DNA of 64,000 bases from a virus, in the IMG/VR virus record IMGVR_UViG_3300043419_002586; one strand, written 5' to 3'. The notes under the pieces are model-generated. The model made no database searches and had not been told where the DNA came from. It saw nothing but the letters and a program-made list of their open reading frames with translations. Both the position numbers and the translations under genes were made by a program. Every line of letters starts with the position of its first letter. Position 1 is the stretch's first letter. Below are positions 9,356-19,906 of the stretch, piece by piece.

Positions 9356-10723
9356 TTGGCAAAGCATATTTACATCATCGACACTTGTGTCTTACTTCAC
9401 GATCCCCTTGCTCTTTACAAATTCGGTGACAATGATATTTATATCCCATTAGCTGTCATCGATGATATGGACGACATCAAGACAAGAAAAGAAAATGTTG
9501 GATGGTCAGCCAGACAAGTATTCAGAAATTTAGAAAATTATTCACTTCAAGATCTTCTTAAAGGCGTAAAAATAAACGAACTTGGTGGAAGATTATTTGT
9601 CTACAATACTGAGTCACCTCTTCAAAAAAACGAAAGACCAAATATTATCAAAGTTCATTCCGATAATGCTATTATCGAATGTTGCTTGGCATTAAAATCT
9701 GCAAATCCTAGAAAGAAAGTAGCTATTATCACCAAGGATACTGGACTTCGTATTCGTGCTATTACCTGGGGTTGTGCAGCTGAAAATTACAGAGCTGATC
9801 AACTTAGTGATGAAGTTTATACAGGCATCAGAAAGTTCGAAATTAGTAATGACTTAGACTGGGCTTTGCTTTGGTCTGATTTCGAAATTGAATTAAAGAA
9901 ATTATCAGAAGAAACCATTGATAAACTTGGAGATGTTTTCCCCAATGAATTTGTTTTATTTTCTTATGGAGACAAAATCTGTCCAACTATTTATAGAAGA
10001 GGCATATTTAAAGTTCTTAAAGAAAAATCAAATACAAAAGAAGTCAAGGGATATTCTGGTGTTCAAGGAAAAAATTTAGAGCAAAAATGTGCTTTAGAAA
10101 TTCTTGCTGATCTTACTATTCCTCTTGTAACTCTTTCTGGACCAGCAGGTACAGGTAAATCATTCTTGGCTCTTGCAGCTGCTTTGCAAATGATCAATGA
10201 AGGTATCTATGACAAGATTGTTGTTATGAAGCCTCTTATTGCTGTAGGTGGCAAAGACATTGGCGCTCTGCCTGGTGATAAGTTTGACAAGATTTCTGCT
10301 TGGTTAGGTCCTATCAAAGACAATATTGACCAAATCTTAGGTTCTAAATCACTTTCTGCAAATAATATGTTTGAAGAAATGGTTAGAGATGGAATCATTG
10401 AAGTAGAAGCAATGGCTTTTATTCAAGGTAGATCCATCCCTAGATCTATCATTATTCTTGATGAGGCTGAAAACATTTCACCTAGAGAAGCAAGGATGGT
10501 AGTAGAAAGATGCGGAAAAGACAGTAAAGTCATCCTTCTTGGCGATCTATCACAGGTCGAAAATCCTTACCTTGATGCTAAATCAAACGGTCTTTCACAC
10601 GCTATATCTGGTGGAAAGAAAAGTGATTTAGTCGCTTCCGTTACATTAAGTAAAGTCGAAAGATCTGAATTGGCTGCTGTTGCTAGTGAAATTTTCAATA
10701 GACCAGAAGCTAGAAGAAATTAG
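9356..10723 (+). CDS. phoH: PIN-PhoH (PhoH2/YlaK-type) ATPase
   Basis: PIN: IIDTCVLLHDP, SDNAII, ITKDTGLRIRA; ATPase: GPAGTGKS, GALPG, IQGRSI, ILDEAEN, GDLSQ, ERSELA; TTG start with GAGGAG RBS. Confidence 0.92.
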   Translation: MAKHIYIIDTCVLLHDPLALYKFGDNDIYIPLAVIDDMDDIKTRKENVGWSARQVFRNLENYSLQDLLKGVKINELGGRLFVYNTESPLQKNERPNIIKVHSDNAIIECCLALKSANPRKKVAIITKDTGLRIRAITWGCAAENYRADQLSDEVYTGIRKFEISNDLDWALLWSDFEIELKKLSEETIDKLGDVFPNEFVLFSYGDKICPTIYRRGIFKVLKEKSNTKEVKGYSGVQGKNLEQKCALEILADLTIPLVTLSGPAGTGKSFLALAAALQMINEGIYDKIVVMKPLIAVGGKDIGALPGDKFDKISAWLGPIKDNIDQILGSKSLSANNMFEEMVRDGIIEVEAMAFIQGRSIPRSIIILDEAENISPREARMVVERCGKDSKVILLGDLSQVENPYLDAKSNGLSHAISGGKKSDLVASVTLSKVERSELAAVASEIFNRPEARRN

Positions 10724-10737
10724 TATTGGTAGTATAA

Positions 10738-13700
10738 ATGTCCCACGCTTTCATTTGGTCTGAAGTAAACGCTGATAATTCACAGTCTGAAATCTCAAGA
10801 GAAATTTCAAGTGCTGGATTTGGTACTAACATATCCGGCACTTGGAACAAAAAATTATTTAGATTGAAATGGATCAATACAAATGTCGATGATATACGAC
10901 TTTGGATTGATAATGAGTTTGCGGACATTTATACCAACCAACATTATCCCGCAATAAAAAATACTGACAATATCAAACTTCTTGAAGATTTAGGTTTTGA
11001 TATTAGATTCACATTATTTGATTCTTTTATCATAAACAAGCTTAATGCTGATGTAGCAACTTCAACCAACTTATCATCTGCAACAATTGGCGGTACGAGT
11101 GTTATTTTTGCCCCAGCTTATGTAGACGGAGTAAAACTAGACAACAATAAAGTAGTTCTAGTAAAATCCCAGACATCTGCTTTTCAAAATGGGCTTTACA
11201 GAGTTTCATCACAAGTTGGTAGTGGAACTATTGGAGCCATTGTTGCAGAGGATATACTAACAGCAGGTAAAATTGCTGCTGTTGGAAACTCTTCATTTTA
11301 TTTATATAGTCCATATCTCAATCCATTCGAAACCGCTGCATCTGGATCGACATCATTCATTTGGGTTGATAGAACAAATAGATATGCACTTAATTCTGTT
11401 CAATGTGCAACAATTTCAAATTTACAATCATCTGGTTCTGGTTTAACTAATTCATCAATTGTTTTGGACAATCATACTTTATCCATCAATGATAGAGTTT
11501 TAGTCAAAGATCAAACTACAAAAGCTCAAAACGGTATATATTACGTTTCAAGCCTCACTAAACCAAATGCATCATCTTTAATTAATCCATATACAAGTAC
11601 AGATTCTGCTGATGACTTTTGGAAGACAGCAATAAATTATATCAATGCAAATCTTCCAGTTAACGTTCAATTCATTAACGCTGGTGTGGCAAAAAGTGGC
11701 GGATATTTCAGATTTTATTCTGCAATTGGTCTTACTGGAGGTACAGCTTCAACTTCTTCTATGAAATGGTCAGATGCTACATATAATTATGGACACACAA
11801 ATGTAGATTATTATTATGAGATTACTTCTGGAAGTGCAATTGGATTTAGTTATGATTTTGGCTCAAATACTGGAACATTAACAAGCACTCCAAGAACGAT
11901 TACTAACTATTCAGGAGTAGCTACCACTCTTTCAATTTCCAACAGAATTTTAGTAAAGCACTACAATGAAAATTTCAGTGGCATTTATACTGTGTCAAAT
12001 GTAGGTTTTGGAAGCACTGGACTTTGGGTAAGAGCTACAGATTATGATACACCCGCTGAAATAAATCAAACTATAGTATATGCCTCTAATTCCAAAAATA
12101 CATTAGGGGGCAATATTTGGTATTTAGGAAAATCTACAACCTATAATTCATTTTTCAAATTAAATTTTGATGGGATTACAATACAAGAAAGATTTTATCC
12201 TTATACTTATGAGCCCGTTTCCAACTTGATTGTTGATAATCAGGCTGACTTATCTGATGTTAATGAAGTTAACTTTGTAAACTCAGGTATCGCAATTTCA
12301 CAAAGAGTTCTTGTTGCTGGTCAAACCGCTTATCCTTCTCAAAACGGAATATACAATGTAGCTTCCGTTTGTAAAACTGTTTATGGATTAGAATTCAAAA
12401 CAGATTATTCAGTACTAAGAGGAAGTATAGCAACTATTTCCAATGGTACAACAGGATCAGGTACTACTTATTTCTTGTATGCTCCTGGAAGTTCTACAGC
12501 TTCAGGATCTGTCGGTGTAACTTGGGTAAATATTACAAACCAAAATAATTTATTTGTAACTGCTTCTACAACTGTTGATAAATTTAATTCGACATATTTA
12601 TCTCCAACTGATTTTGATGTACCTGTAGCAATTGGTACATCAGTGTTAGTAAATACAAGTAATGATCTAGTCAATGGTGTTTATTCAGTATCTGCAATTG
12701 GTGCTTCAACAAAGCAAGTATTCAAATATGATAACAATTTATCATCTTGGACTCAAAATATATTTTCAAATATTCTAACAAGTAATGGAAATGGAACATA
12801 TGCAGTATCACCAAATTTGAAAAAAGAAATTTCAGGTGTATTACAAGTAGCTTCTATTGCTTCTACTCATTATGGCGAAATTTTTGTTCCTGAAGTTTTG
12901 TTTCCATCTTTTCAAAATTATGAAAATTATTTTAGTTCTGAAGGAAAAGGAAGTTCAATATTACAAGAGCTTGATTTTGATTGGTACGAACAAGATTATC
13001 AAAAATACAATGTAAAAGCTATTTTGTTTGTAAATTCAACTTCACAAATTCCAACAACTTCTGGAACTGCAATATCGAGCTTAATAAGAAGTACTTCTGG
13101 AACAGGAAGAACTATATTACAAAGCAACGATAGTATACTTGTTTTTGTTGGATCCGGTTATTCTTCATCAAGCGTTTCAAATGGAGTATATAGACCTTCG
13201 TTTACAGGAATTGGTAGTGTTTATTTTGCGCCTCACGAAGACTTTTATTATAATACTAAATTTGAATTAGGCTCTGATCAAAAATCATTAGCTTCTCCAT
13301 ATGAGAGACCTACATTAGTAAAAATTGATTATGGCTATATGGGTGCTGGAACAACTTTTTCTTATGATAAAGTTTATATGCAAGCTGAAGTTGGAATAAG
13401 AGAAGGAACTTTTGGCAGTGATTATGCTACCACAGACTTAGATAAATATTTACATACTGGATCTGAAGTTTATTATCAAGATTCAGAAGTAAGATTGAAT
13501 GCTAATCAATTGGATTTGTCAAAATTTCCAAGATTAGCGCCAATTCAACATATTTTAGCTGCAGATACAACTTTAGACACAATAAGCCAAGACATATTGA
13601 TTGTTAGAAGAAATGGTAATCAACTTTTAAGCAGCATTTCAGGAGATTTAGTTCAATATCCTTACGAAATTGATGATAGAGTTTTTTACTATTCAACTAA

Positions 13701-16563
13701 TGAAGACGCTTACAATTCAACAGTAAGAAAATCTACTAGCGGAATTTATCAAATCGTTTACATTGACACTAATTACAATTATTACCTGAGAAAAGTTAAA
13801 TATAATTCAGTAAATGGTCACCTAGATTATGCAAAAAGATTAGTAAGTCATTCTTCTTCTGCTGGAAATACTATCTATTTAGCAAGGCCAGAATCACCAT
13901 CTTCAATATATACTTGGTCAACTTCTAATTATGCAGATTCTTTGATAGATGTTTATGTAGTTTCAACAGGCGGAACTATTATAAACAAAACATATAGCAC
14001 TGACTATACAGTTAATGCTTCTAATGGTAGTTTGACAATTTCGGGTTCTGGATGGACTGGAACTCTTTATGCATACTTATATAAAGATTCTGAAGTACCA
14101 AAATACAATGAACAACCAAAACAATTATTAAATAGATATTATTACATCCCTCAAGTTCTTAAGGATAAATCTTTTGTTCTTTCTCCTAATGCAAAATTAT
14201 CATCAACTTGGAATGTAAATTCTGAAAATTTTCAAATTGTAAATGTAATTGGAACAGCAACCACAACAGAAATCAAATATAATAGGGATAGAAGCTCTTG
14301 GTTGTCATCTTTTGTTTCAAGCAAAAACTTTTCATCAAATGCAAATATAATTGTTGAAAATGATTCCAACACTGATTATTTTTTCACCAGTAGACTATCA
14401 CAAGATGGTTTTTACATCCAAACTGGTATTGCAAACAGTTCTACATTTAGTGGAAATTTCATAGATCCAGTATCATTAAATGCTATAGGCTTATTTACTG
14501 GAGATGTTTATTTAGAAAAAGCATACCAGCCTTCTGGATTTGCATTAACATCTTGGTATTCTGGACTTGGATTATCTATTGATACAAATGTTCTTGTTTT
14601 GAAAAATAAAACAAGAACAGATTATGCTGATACAACTATAGAATCGTCATTTACAAGCTCTTATTACGATGATATAAATAGATTAGTTACTCATAATAAA
14701 GCTGGAAAAAGAGATCAAAAACTCTACACCTTCAAAAGAGCTGAAATTCAAGAAGTAACATTGAATTACAGTGCGGCTTTTGGATCATCTTTGTATCCAA
14801 CCACAGTAAGATTGTCAAATTCTGCTGGCTTTGGTACTTTTAGTTTGTATTTCAATCCAGCAAGTACTAATATCAACACGTCAGCAAGATCTTGGATTGA
14901 TGTTTCTACTAGAACTACATTCTCTGCTGCTATAGGTAATACGGGAAATATACCAGATTTCAATAATATCACATATATACCAGTTATAGGACCTATGTCA
15001 GTGCCTTATGGTACAGGTAGTACTGCTATTTTAGATGGTTATACTATTTCTGCGGGTGATACTATCCTAATTAAGTCACAATCAGATAGTACAATCAACG
15101 GTATTTACACTGCTGTTTTACGTAATACTTATACTTTAAGTCGTGCTGCAGATTTAAATGCTACAAATGAATTATATGAGCTTGGACGAACAGTTTTCAA
15201 CAACAGAACATATGAATTAAATTTACCTGAAGATTCATCTGCTTACAATTTAGGAGCATCGGCTCTAAATACTCCTTTGTTTTGGAAAAGTGTTGGTGCG
15301 GAACATACTATTGATGTAGTAGGAGTTGGGCATACAAATTTTGCAAACTTAAATGCATTACCAGACAACATTAATGGAATTGCAACAACTCAAAATGATA
15401 AAATATTATTTATCGGACAGTCCACAAGTTCTGAAAATATTGTTGCAAGAATTAATAAAAAAATTGAACCAAATTTGATCAGAGTTGGCACTGGCTCTTC
15501 TACATCTGAATTTCAAATTGCAAGTTTGTTTGTAAATGATTTGAATAGAAACTTAAACTACGAGCTATATTTCAATCCATCAAATACATCAGTTGGAGTT
15601 GATGATATACAATGGTTCCAACAAGGATTGATTTCAAATTTTACTAACTGCTCATTTGCAAGTACAAATAATTTAAATCTTAGTTCAAATTTAAATATTC
15701 CTGGGTCACAAAAAGGTGATCGTTTATTGGTAAAAAATCAATCAAACAACACACAAAATGGAATATATTCAATTGATGAAATTATTACAAATTACTTAAA
15801 TAGACACGAGGCTATTGATAGTACTTCTGAATTAACTGTAAATCAAAGAGTAAATGTATTAAGTGGAACAGGTAATAGCGGGATTTATGCATTGGTTTTT
15901 GATGAAAGTTTGACACCAGTTATTGATTCAACAAATATTTTCTGGACAAAAGTAAATACAAATTCATATCTTACTAATGCAAAAGCTGCTACAGTTTCAG
16001 AAATATCGTTAACTAATCCACCAAGTAAGATTGATGATGTTATATTGCAAAAATATGACAGAGTTTTGGTTAAGAATCAAACTGATAAAACAACCAATGG
16101 TGTTTATGTAGTTTCATCTATAGGATCTTCCAATGTTTGGACAAGATCTACAGATTTTGATTCTAATAGTGAATTACTTCCTCAGCTTTCAATACAAGTA
16201 GGATACGGGACTACTAATGCTGACAAGAATTTTAGAATTAAATTACCTACCCCTAGAACAATAACAAACACACAAACAACAGCTTATATTTTTGGAACGG
16301 ATAATATAGATTGGATAGACACTGCTAATTTTCAAATTTATAACTCATCTCCAGAAACTTGGCAAAAACTGAGTTCTGGATATGCTAATTCTGTTTATTT
16401 AGGTGGTGCAAAGTTAGGTATAGACCAAACTGCAAAAAGTAAAAGTTTTGGAATTGCAGTTAAAACTCCAAGTTCTACGGTTCTTTCAACAAATAATATT
16501 ACCTCAAATGGGCAGGTAAGAAATATGAAATTTAAAGTAGAATACATTATAGCGAAAGATTAG
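10738..16563 (+). CDS. Giant virion fibre/structural protein with about 10 copies of the DRVLVKxQ..NGIY repeat
   Basis: Repeats such as NDRVLVKDQTTKAQNGIYYV, GDRLLVKNQSNNTQNGIYSI, YDRVLVKNQTDKTTNGVYVV..WTRSTD; S/T/N/G-rich. Confidence 0.8.
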   Translation: MSHAFIWSEVNADNSQSEISREISSAGFGTNISGTWNKKLFRLKWINTNVDDIRLWIDNEFADIYTNQHYPAIKNTDNIKLLEDLGFDIRFTLFDSFIINKLNADVATSTNLSSATIGGTSVIFAPAYVDGVKLDNNKVVLVKSQTSAFQNGLYRVSSQVGSGTIGAIVAEDILTAGKIAAVGNSSFYLYSPYLNPFETAASGSTSFIWVDRTNRYALNSVQCATISNLQSSGSGLTNSSIVLDNHTLSINDRVLVKDQTTKAQNGIYYVSSLTKPNASSLINPYTSTDSADDFWKTAINYINANLPVNVQFINAGVAKSGGYFRFYSAIGLTGGTASTSSMKWSDATYNYGHTNVDYYYEITSGSAIGFSYDFGSNTGTLTSTPRTITNYSGVATTLSISNRILVKHYNENFSGIYTVSNVGFGSTGLWVRATDYDTPAEINQTIVYASNSKNTLGGNIWYLGKSTTYNSFFKLNFDGITIQERFYPYTYEPVSNLIVDNQADLSDVNEVNFVNSGIAISQRVLVAGQTAYPSQNGIYNVASVCKTVYGLEFKTDYSVLRGSIATISNGTTGSGTTYFLYAPGSSTASGSVGVTWVNITNQNNLFVTASTTVDKFNSTYLSPTDFDVPVAIGTSVLVNTSNDLVNGVYSVSAIGASTKQVFKYDNNLSSWTQNIFSNILTSNGNGTYAVSPNLKKEISGVLQVASIASTHYGEIFVPEVLFPSFQNYENYFSSEGKGSSILQELDFDWYEQDYQKYNVKAILFVNSTSQIPTTSGTAISSLIRSTSGTGRTILQSNDSILVFVGSGYSSSSVSNGVYRPSFTGIGSVYFAPHEDFYYNTKFELGSDQKSLASPYERPTLVKIDYGYMGAGTTFSYDKVYMQAEVGIREGTFGSDYATTDLDKYLHTGSEVYYQDSEVRLNANQLDLSKFPRLAPIQHILAADTTLDTISQDILIVRRNGNQLLSSISGDLVQYPYEIDDRVFYYSTNEDAYNSTVRKSTSGIYQIVYIDTNYNYYLRKVKYNSVNGHLDYAKRLVSHSSSAGNTIYLARPESPSSIYTWSTSNYADSLIDVYVVSTGGTIINKTYSTDYTVNASNGSLTISGSGWTGTLYAYLYKDSEVPKYNEQPKQLLNRYYYIPQVLKDKSFVLSPNAKLSSTWNVNSENFQIVNVIGTATTTEIKYNRDRSSWLSSFVSSKNFSSNANIIVENDSNTDYFFTSRLSQDGFYIQTGIANSSTFSGNFIDPVSLNAIGLFTGDVYLEKAYQPSGFALTSWYSGLGLSIDTNVLVLKNKTRTDYADTTIESSFTSSYYDDINRLVTHNKAGKRDQKLYTFKRAEIQEVTLNYSAAFGSSLYPTTVRLSNSAGFGTFSLYFNPASTNINTSARSWIDVSTRTTFSAAIGNTGNIPDFNNITYIPVIGPMSVPYGTGSTAILDGYTISAGDTILIKSQSDSTINGIYTAVLRNTYTLSRAADLNATNELYELGRTVFNNRTYELNLPEDSSAYNLGASALNTPLFWKSVGAEHTIDVVGVGHTNFANLNALPDNINGIATTQNDKILFIGQSTSSENIVARINKKIEPNLIRVGTGSSTSEFQIASLFVNDLNRNLNYELYFNPSNTSVGVDDIQWFQQGLISNFTNCSFASTNNLNLSSNLNIPGSQKGDRLLVKNQSNNTQNGIYSIDEIITNYLNRHEAIDSTSELTVNQRVNVLSGTGNSGIYALVFDESLTPVIDSTNIFWTKVNTNSYLTNAKAATVSEISLTNPPSKIDDVILQKYDRVLVKNQTDKTTNGVYVVSSIGSSNVWTRSTDFDSNSELLPQLSIQVGYGTTNADKNFRIKLPTPRTITNTQTTAYIFGTDNIDWIDTANFQIYNSSPETWQKLSSGYANSVYLGGAKLGIDQTAKSKSFGIAVKTPSSTVLSTNNITSNGQVRNMKFKVEYIIAKD

Positions 16564-16626
16564 TAAAGGTATAACCCTAATCTAATTTAAAATATAGTAT
16601 TAACAATTTATCAAGAGAGATAAAAT

Positions 16627-17103
16627 ATGCAAAATTTAGAGTCCCAGCTACATACACTTTTAGAAGAAATTGCACCAGACGTTCACTCATTTGATGAACA
16701 GGCTAAAATAATTGCCTTAGCATCAGCAACTATTTCTAAAAAATTCACTGCAAGACGTTTTGCAAAAGCTGATGGAAGAGTTGTTGAATCTCAAATGACT
16801 GATGCAATTTTGGTTGCTATGTCTACGTTGTCTTCCTGGGATAATGAAAGTGATGAAATTTTTGACGCTAGAGGACTTTCACACAATCAACTAATTAGAA
16901 GGGTCGCTAATTCAACCAAGCCGAGCTGGGGCCAAATGGATATATTGAATCCTGATCTTATTGAAGATACATTCTCCTTTGAAGAAGATGACGAGCCAGA
17001 ATCTGAAACTAAATTAGAAAATGCACAACAAACTACTGAAGCATTTGATACACCAGGCAGAGGTAGACATCGTTCAGATTTTATTTCCGCACCAATTAGA
17101 TAA
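16627..17103 (+). CDS. Hypothetical acidic protein (putative head-associated)
   Basis: 158 aa; LIRRVA motif; downstream of an AGG-N20-AAAT site. Confidence 0.65.
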   Translation: MQNLESQLHTLLEEIAPDVHSFDEQAKIIALASATISKKFTARRFAKADGRVVESQMTDAILVAMSTLSSWDNESDEIFDARGLSHNQLIRRVANSTKPSWGQMDILNPDLIEDTFSFEEDDEPESETKLENAQQTTEAFDTPGRGRHRSDFISAPIR

Positions 17104-17104
17104 T

Positions 17105-17683
17105 ATGAAATACGTAAAATTAGCACAAATGCCTCCAATGGATCCTCTCGGTGGAATGGGAATGCCAACTACACCTATGGCGATGCCTGCTCCTGCTGAA
17201 CCAGCTTCAAGCCAAAAGCAAATTAAAGTACCTTTGGAAAATTTAGGATTAATTTTAGCTGATGCTGAAATTGAAAAAAAATTATTAGAACAACTTGAAG
17301 ATAATGAGCAAGGTATTGCTAATGATGTTTGGATTCAGTATGGTGGCAAGGAAGACGGTGGGGTTGACCAATCAAAACGTGGTGAAAGAAAAGATTCTGA
17401 AGAAGCTACAGAAGAAGAAATAAAATCCACCGACAAAACAAGATGGAAAAGATTACCAGAGGGTCAAAATTTATTAGACTTAGAAATTAGTCTTGATGAT
17501 ATGGCAAATGCAGTAAAATTTTTATCATTCGGATTTGCTAAAAACAAAAGCAAAGAACAAGGTGGAGCCCCTGGCGGAGGCGGAATGCCTGGTATGGCTT
17601 CAAGAAAACTCGATAATATGGTCAAATTAGCACAAAATTTGGATTTATTAGGTATGTATAGTGTAGCGGATCGCATTCTATAG
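17105..17683 (+). CDS. Hypothetical protein with the tag at both ends (likely start MKYVKLAQ at 17105)
   Basis: MKYVKLAQ-MPPMDP...; C-terminal MVKLAQNLDLLGMYSVADRIL. Confidence 0.75.
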   Translation: MKYVKLAQMPPMDPLGGMGMPTTPMAMPAPAEPASSQKQIKVPLENLGLILADAEIEKKLLEQLEDNEQGIANDVWIQYGGKEDGGVDQSKRGERKDSEEATEEEIKSTDKTRWKRLPEGQNLLDLEISLDDMANAVKFLSFGFAKNKSKEQGGAPGGGGMPGMASRKLDNMVKLAQNLDLLGMYSVADRIL

Positions 17684-17687
17684 TAAA

Positions 17688-17746
17688 TAGCCAAATTTGC
17701 TTGATTTCGGTATAATGCTGTGGTAACATAAATCACAGCATTTTTT
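17688..17746 (+). promoter_or_regulatory. Sigma70-like gyrB promoter overlapped by a hairpin plus U-tract
   Basis: TAGCCA-N17-TATAAT; ATGCTGTG..CACAGCAT followed by TTTTT. Confidence 0.55.
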
Positions 17747-17779
17747 ATGCCTGTATTCGGAATAAACGAAGGAAAGCAA

Positions 17780-19906
17780 ATGGCAAATCAATACAACGAA
17801 AACTCCATTCAAATTTTGGAGAGCCAGGAAGCAGTGCGTACACGTCCTGCTATGTATATTGGTGACACTGGTAAAAAGGGGCTACACCACCTTGTTTGGG
17901 AAATTTTGGACAATTCTGTTGACGAACATATGGCTGGTCATTGTTCAAAGATTGATGTAATTGTTTCAAAAGACAATCGCACTCTTACTGTAATTGATAA
18001 TGGTCGTGGTATTCCTGTTGCAATAAAGCAAGAAGATCCTAAAAAGCGTTCTACTCTTGAAATCGTACTAACAGAACTTCACGCTGGAGGTAAATTCGGC
18101 GATGATGGTTCTGGTTACGAAGCATCTGGTGGTCTTCACGGTGTTGGTGCTTCTTGTGTAAACTTTCTTTCATTAAATCTTGATGTTGAAGTTTGCCGTG
18201 ATAAGAAGAAATATCAATTGTCTTTTGAGCGTGGTATTCCAGTCTCCACCGTAAAGGAAGTAGGAACATCTAGCTCCACTGGCACAAAAATTTCATTCAC
18301 CCCTGACTATAATATTTTCGGTCAGTTTGCTGTTGAAGATGCTTTTCGTGAGTGCCTTGTTGATGATTTTGAAATTGATGAAGTTTTTGCTGAATGTTCT
18401 GGTAAATGGCGCAAAGCTTTAATTAATGGGCCAGTAAATGGCGTCACTTTCTTTGATATTTTTAAGGCTACTAACCTAAGTGAGCAACGTTTAGATATTA
18501 TTTACAGGATCTGGAACAAGCGCTCAAACGACAATATTCAATTTGACGAAGCTGTTTTGGTTCGTCGCTTGAAAGAAACTGCTTATCTTAATGGCGGTCT
18601 TAAGATTGTTTACAAGAATGAGCATACTGGAACCAAAGAAGAATTCTATTTTGAAGGTGGAATTGCTGATTACGTAAGTTATCTTGCATCTACCCGTTCG
18701 AACCCATATCCATCAAAGCCATTCTATTTTGAAAACAAATCAGGCAAAGTTAATGTTCAAGTTGCATTTCAATATGCAGAAGACGATGATGAAACAACTT
18801 ATGCCTACGCAAATAATATTAATACCGCAGATGGTGGAACTCATCTTAGTGGCTTCAAAACATCTATTACAAGAGTAGTAAATCAATTTTCTCGCTCTTT
18901 AGGTGTCATCAAAGAAAAAGAACCCAATTTGACAGGTGAAGATATCCGTGAAGGTATTGTCGCTATCATTTCTGTTCGCCTTCCACAGCCTCAATTCGAG
19001 GGACAGACAAAGGGTAAGCTTGGCTCTCCTGAAGTTGAAGGTGTTGTGAATAGGCTTTTTTCCGAAGCGCTCACTGAATATTTTGAGAAGAATCCATCTA
19101 TTCTAAAGATGATTGCCGAACGTGCTTTACGTGCTGCTCGTGCTAGGGCTGCAGCAAAGAAAGCTTCAGAATCTATCAAGCGACAAGGCTTTCTTGGCAA
19201 ATCAGGTTCACTTCCAGGTAAATTATCTGACTGTGATACTGAAGATGTTGCTATATCTGAATTATTCTTGGTTGAAGGTGATTCTGCTGCTGGCTCTTCA
19301 AAGGGTGGTCGCAATCCAATCACTCAAGCAATTCTTCCTATTCGTGGAAAGATCATCAATCCAGAAAAGAATGAACTTGCCAAACTTCTTGCAAATGAAG
19401 AAGTTTCTGCATTGATTTCAGCTATTGGTACTGGAATTCGTGATGATTTCAAGATTGAAGATTTGCGTTATGGCAAGGTCATTATTATGACTGACGCTGA
19501 TGATGATGGTGCTCACATTGCAGCTCTCTTAATGACATTCTTTTATCGTTTTATGCGTCCATTGGTTTTAAAGGGTCATTTATACCTTGCAAAGCCACCT
19601 CTATATCGTGTGACTGTAAAGAATGTTCACAATTACATTCACACTGAAGAAGAACTAAATTCCTATCGTGCCAAGTATGGTGATAAAATTGATGTGACAC
19701 GATTTAAGGGATTGGGAGAAATGGATGCTGATGAACTTGGACATACAACTATGGAAATTGGCACACGTCAAATTATCAAAATTGGTGTCGAAGATGCAGA
19801 AGAAGCTTCAAATATGCTCAGTATTTTGATGGGTAATGAAGTAGGTCCACGTAAAGCTCATATTATTAAGAAGTCTTTTGATCGTAGTAAGGAAGTTGAA
19901 AACTAA
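17780..19906 (+). CDS. gyrB: DNA gyrase subunit B (likely start MANQY at 17780)
   Basis: RTRPAMYIG, EILDNSVDE, DNGRGIP, HAGGKF, GGLHGVG, FEGQTK, PGKLSDC, VEGDSA, PIRGKIIN, MTDADDDG, RFKGLGEM. Confidence 0.97.
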   Translation: MANQYNENSIQILESQEAVRTRPAMYIGDTGKKGLHHLVWEILDNSVDEHMAGHCSKIDVIVSKDNRTLTVIDNGRGIPVAIKQEDPKKRSTLEIVLTELHAGGKFGDDGSGYEASGGLHGVGASCVNFLSLNLDVEVCRDKKKYQLSFERGIPVSTVKEVGTSSSTGTKISFTPDYNIFGQFAVEDAFRECLVDDFEIDEVFAECSGKWRKALINGPVNGVTFFDIFKATNLSEQRLDIIYRIWNKRSNDNIQFDEAVLVRRLKETAYLNGGLKIVYKNEHTGTKEEFYFEGGIADYVSYLASTRSNPYPSKPFYFENKSGKVNVQVAFQYAEDDDETTYAYANNINTADGGTHLSGFKTSITRVVNQFSRSLGVIKEKEPNLTGEDIREGIVAIISVRLPQPQFEGQTKGKLGSPEVEGVVNRLFSEALTEYFEKNPSILKMIAERALRAARARAAAKKASESIKRQGFLGKSGSLPGKLSDCDTEDVAISELFLVEGDSAAGSSKGGRNPITQAILPIRGKIINPEKNELAKLLANEEVSALISAIGTGIRDDFKIEDLRYGKVIIMTDADDDGAHIAALLMTFFYRFMRPLVLKGHLYLAKPPLYRVTVKNVHNYIHTEEELNSYRAKYGDKIDVTRFKGLGEMDADELGHTTMEIGTRQIIKIGVEDAEEASNMLSILMGNEVGPRKAHIIKKSFDRSKEVEN

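Noticed and set aside
18320-18535. Intein or intron in gyrB (and in the helicase at 30130-30450)
   Set aside because: No C/S start with HN-C/S/T end, no homing-endonuclease motifs, reading frames uninterrupted
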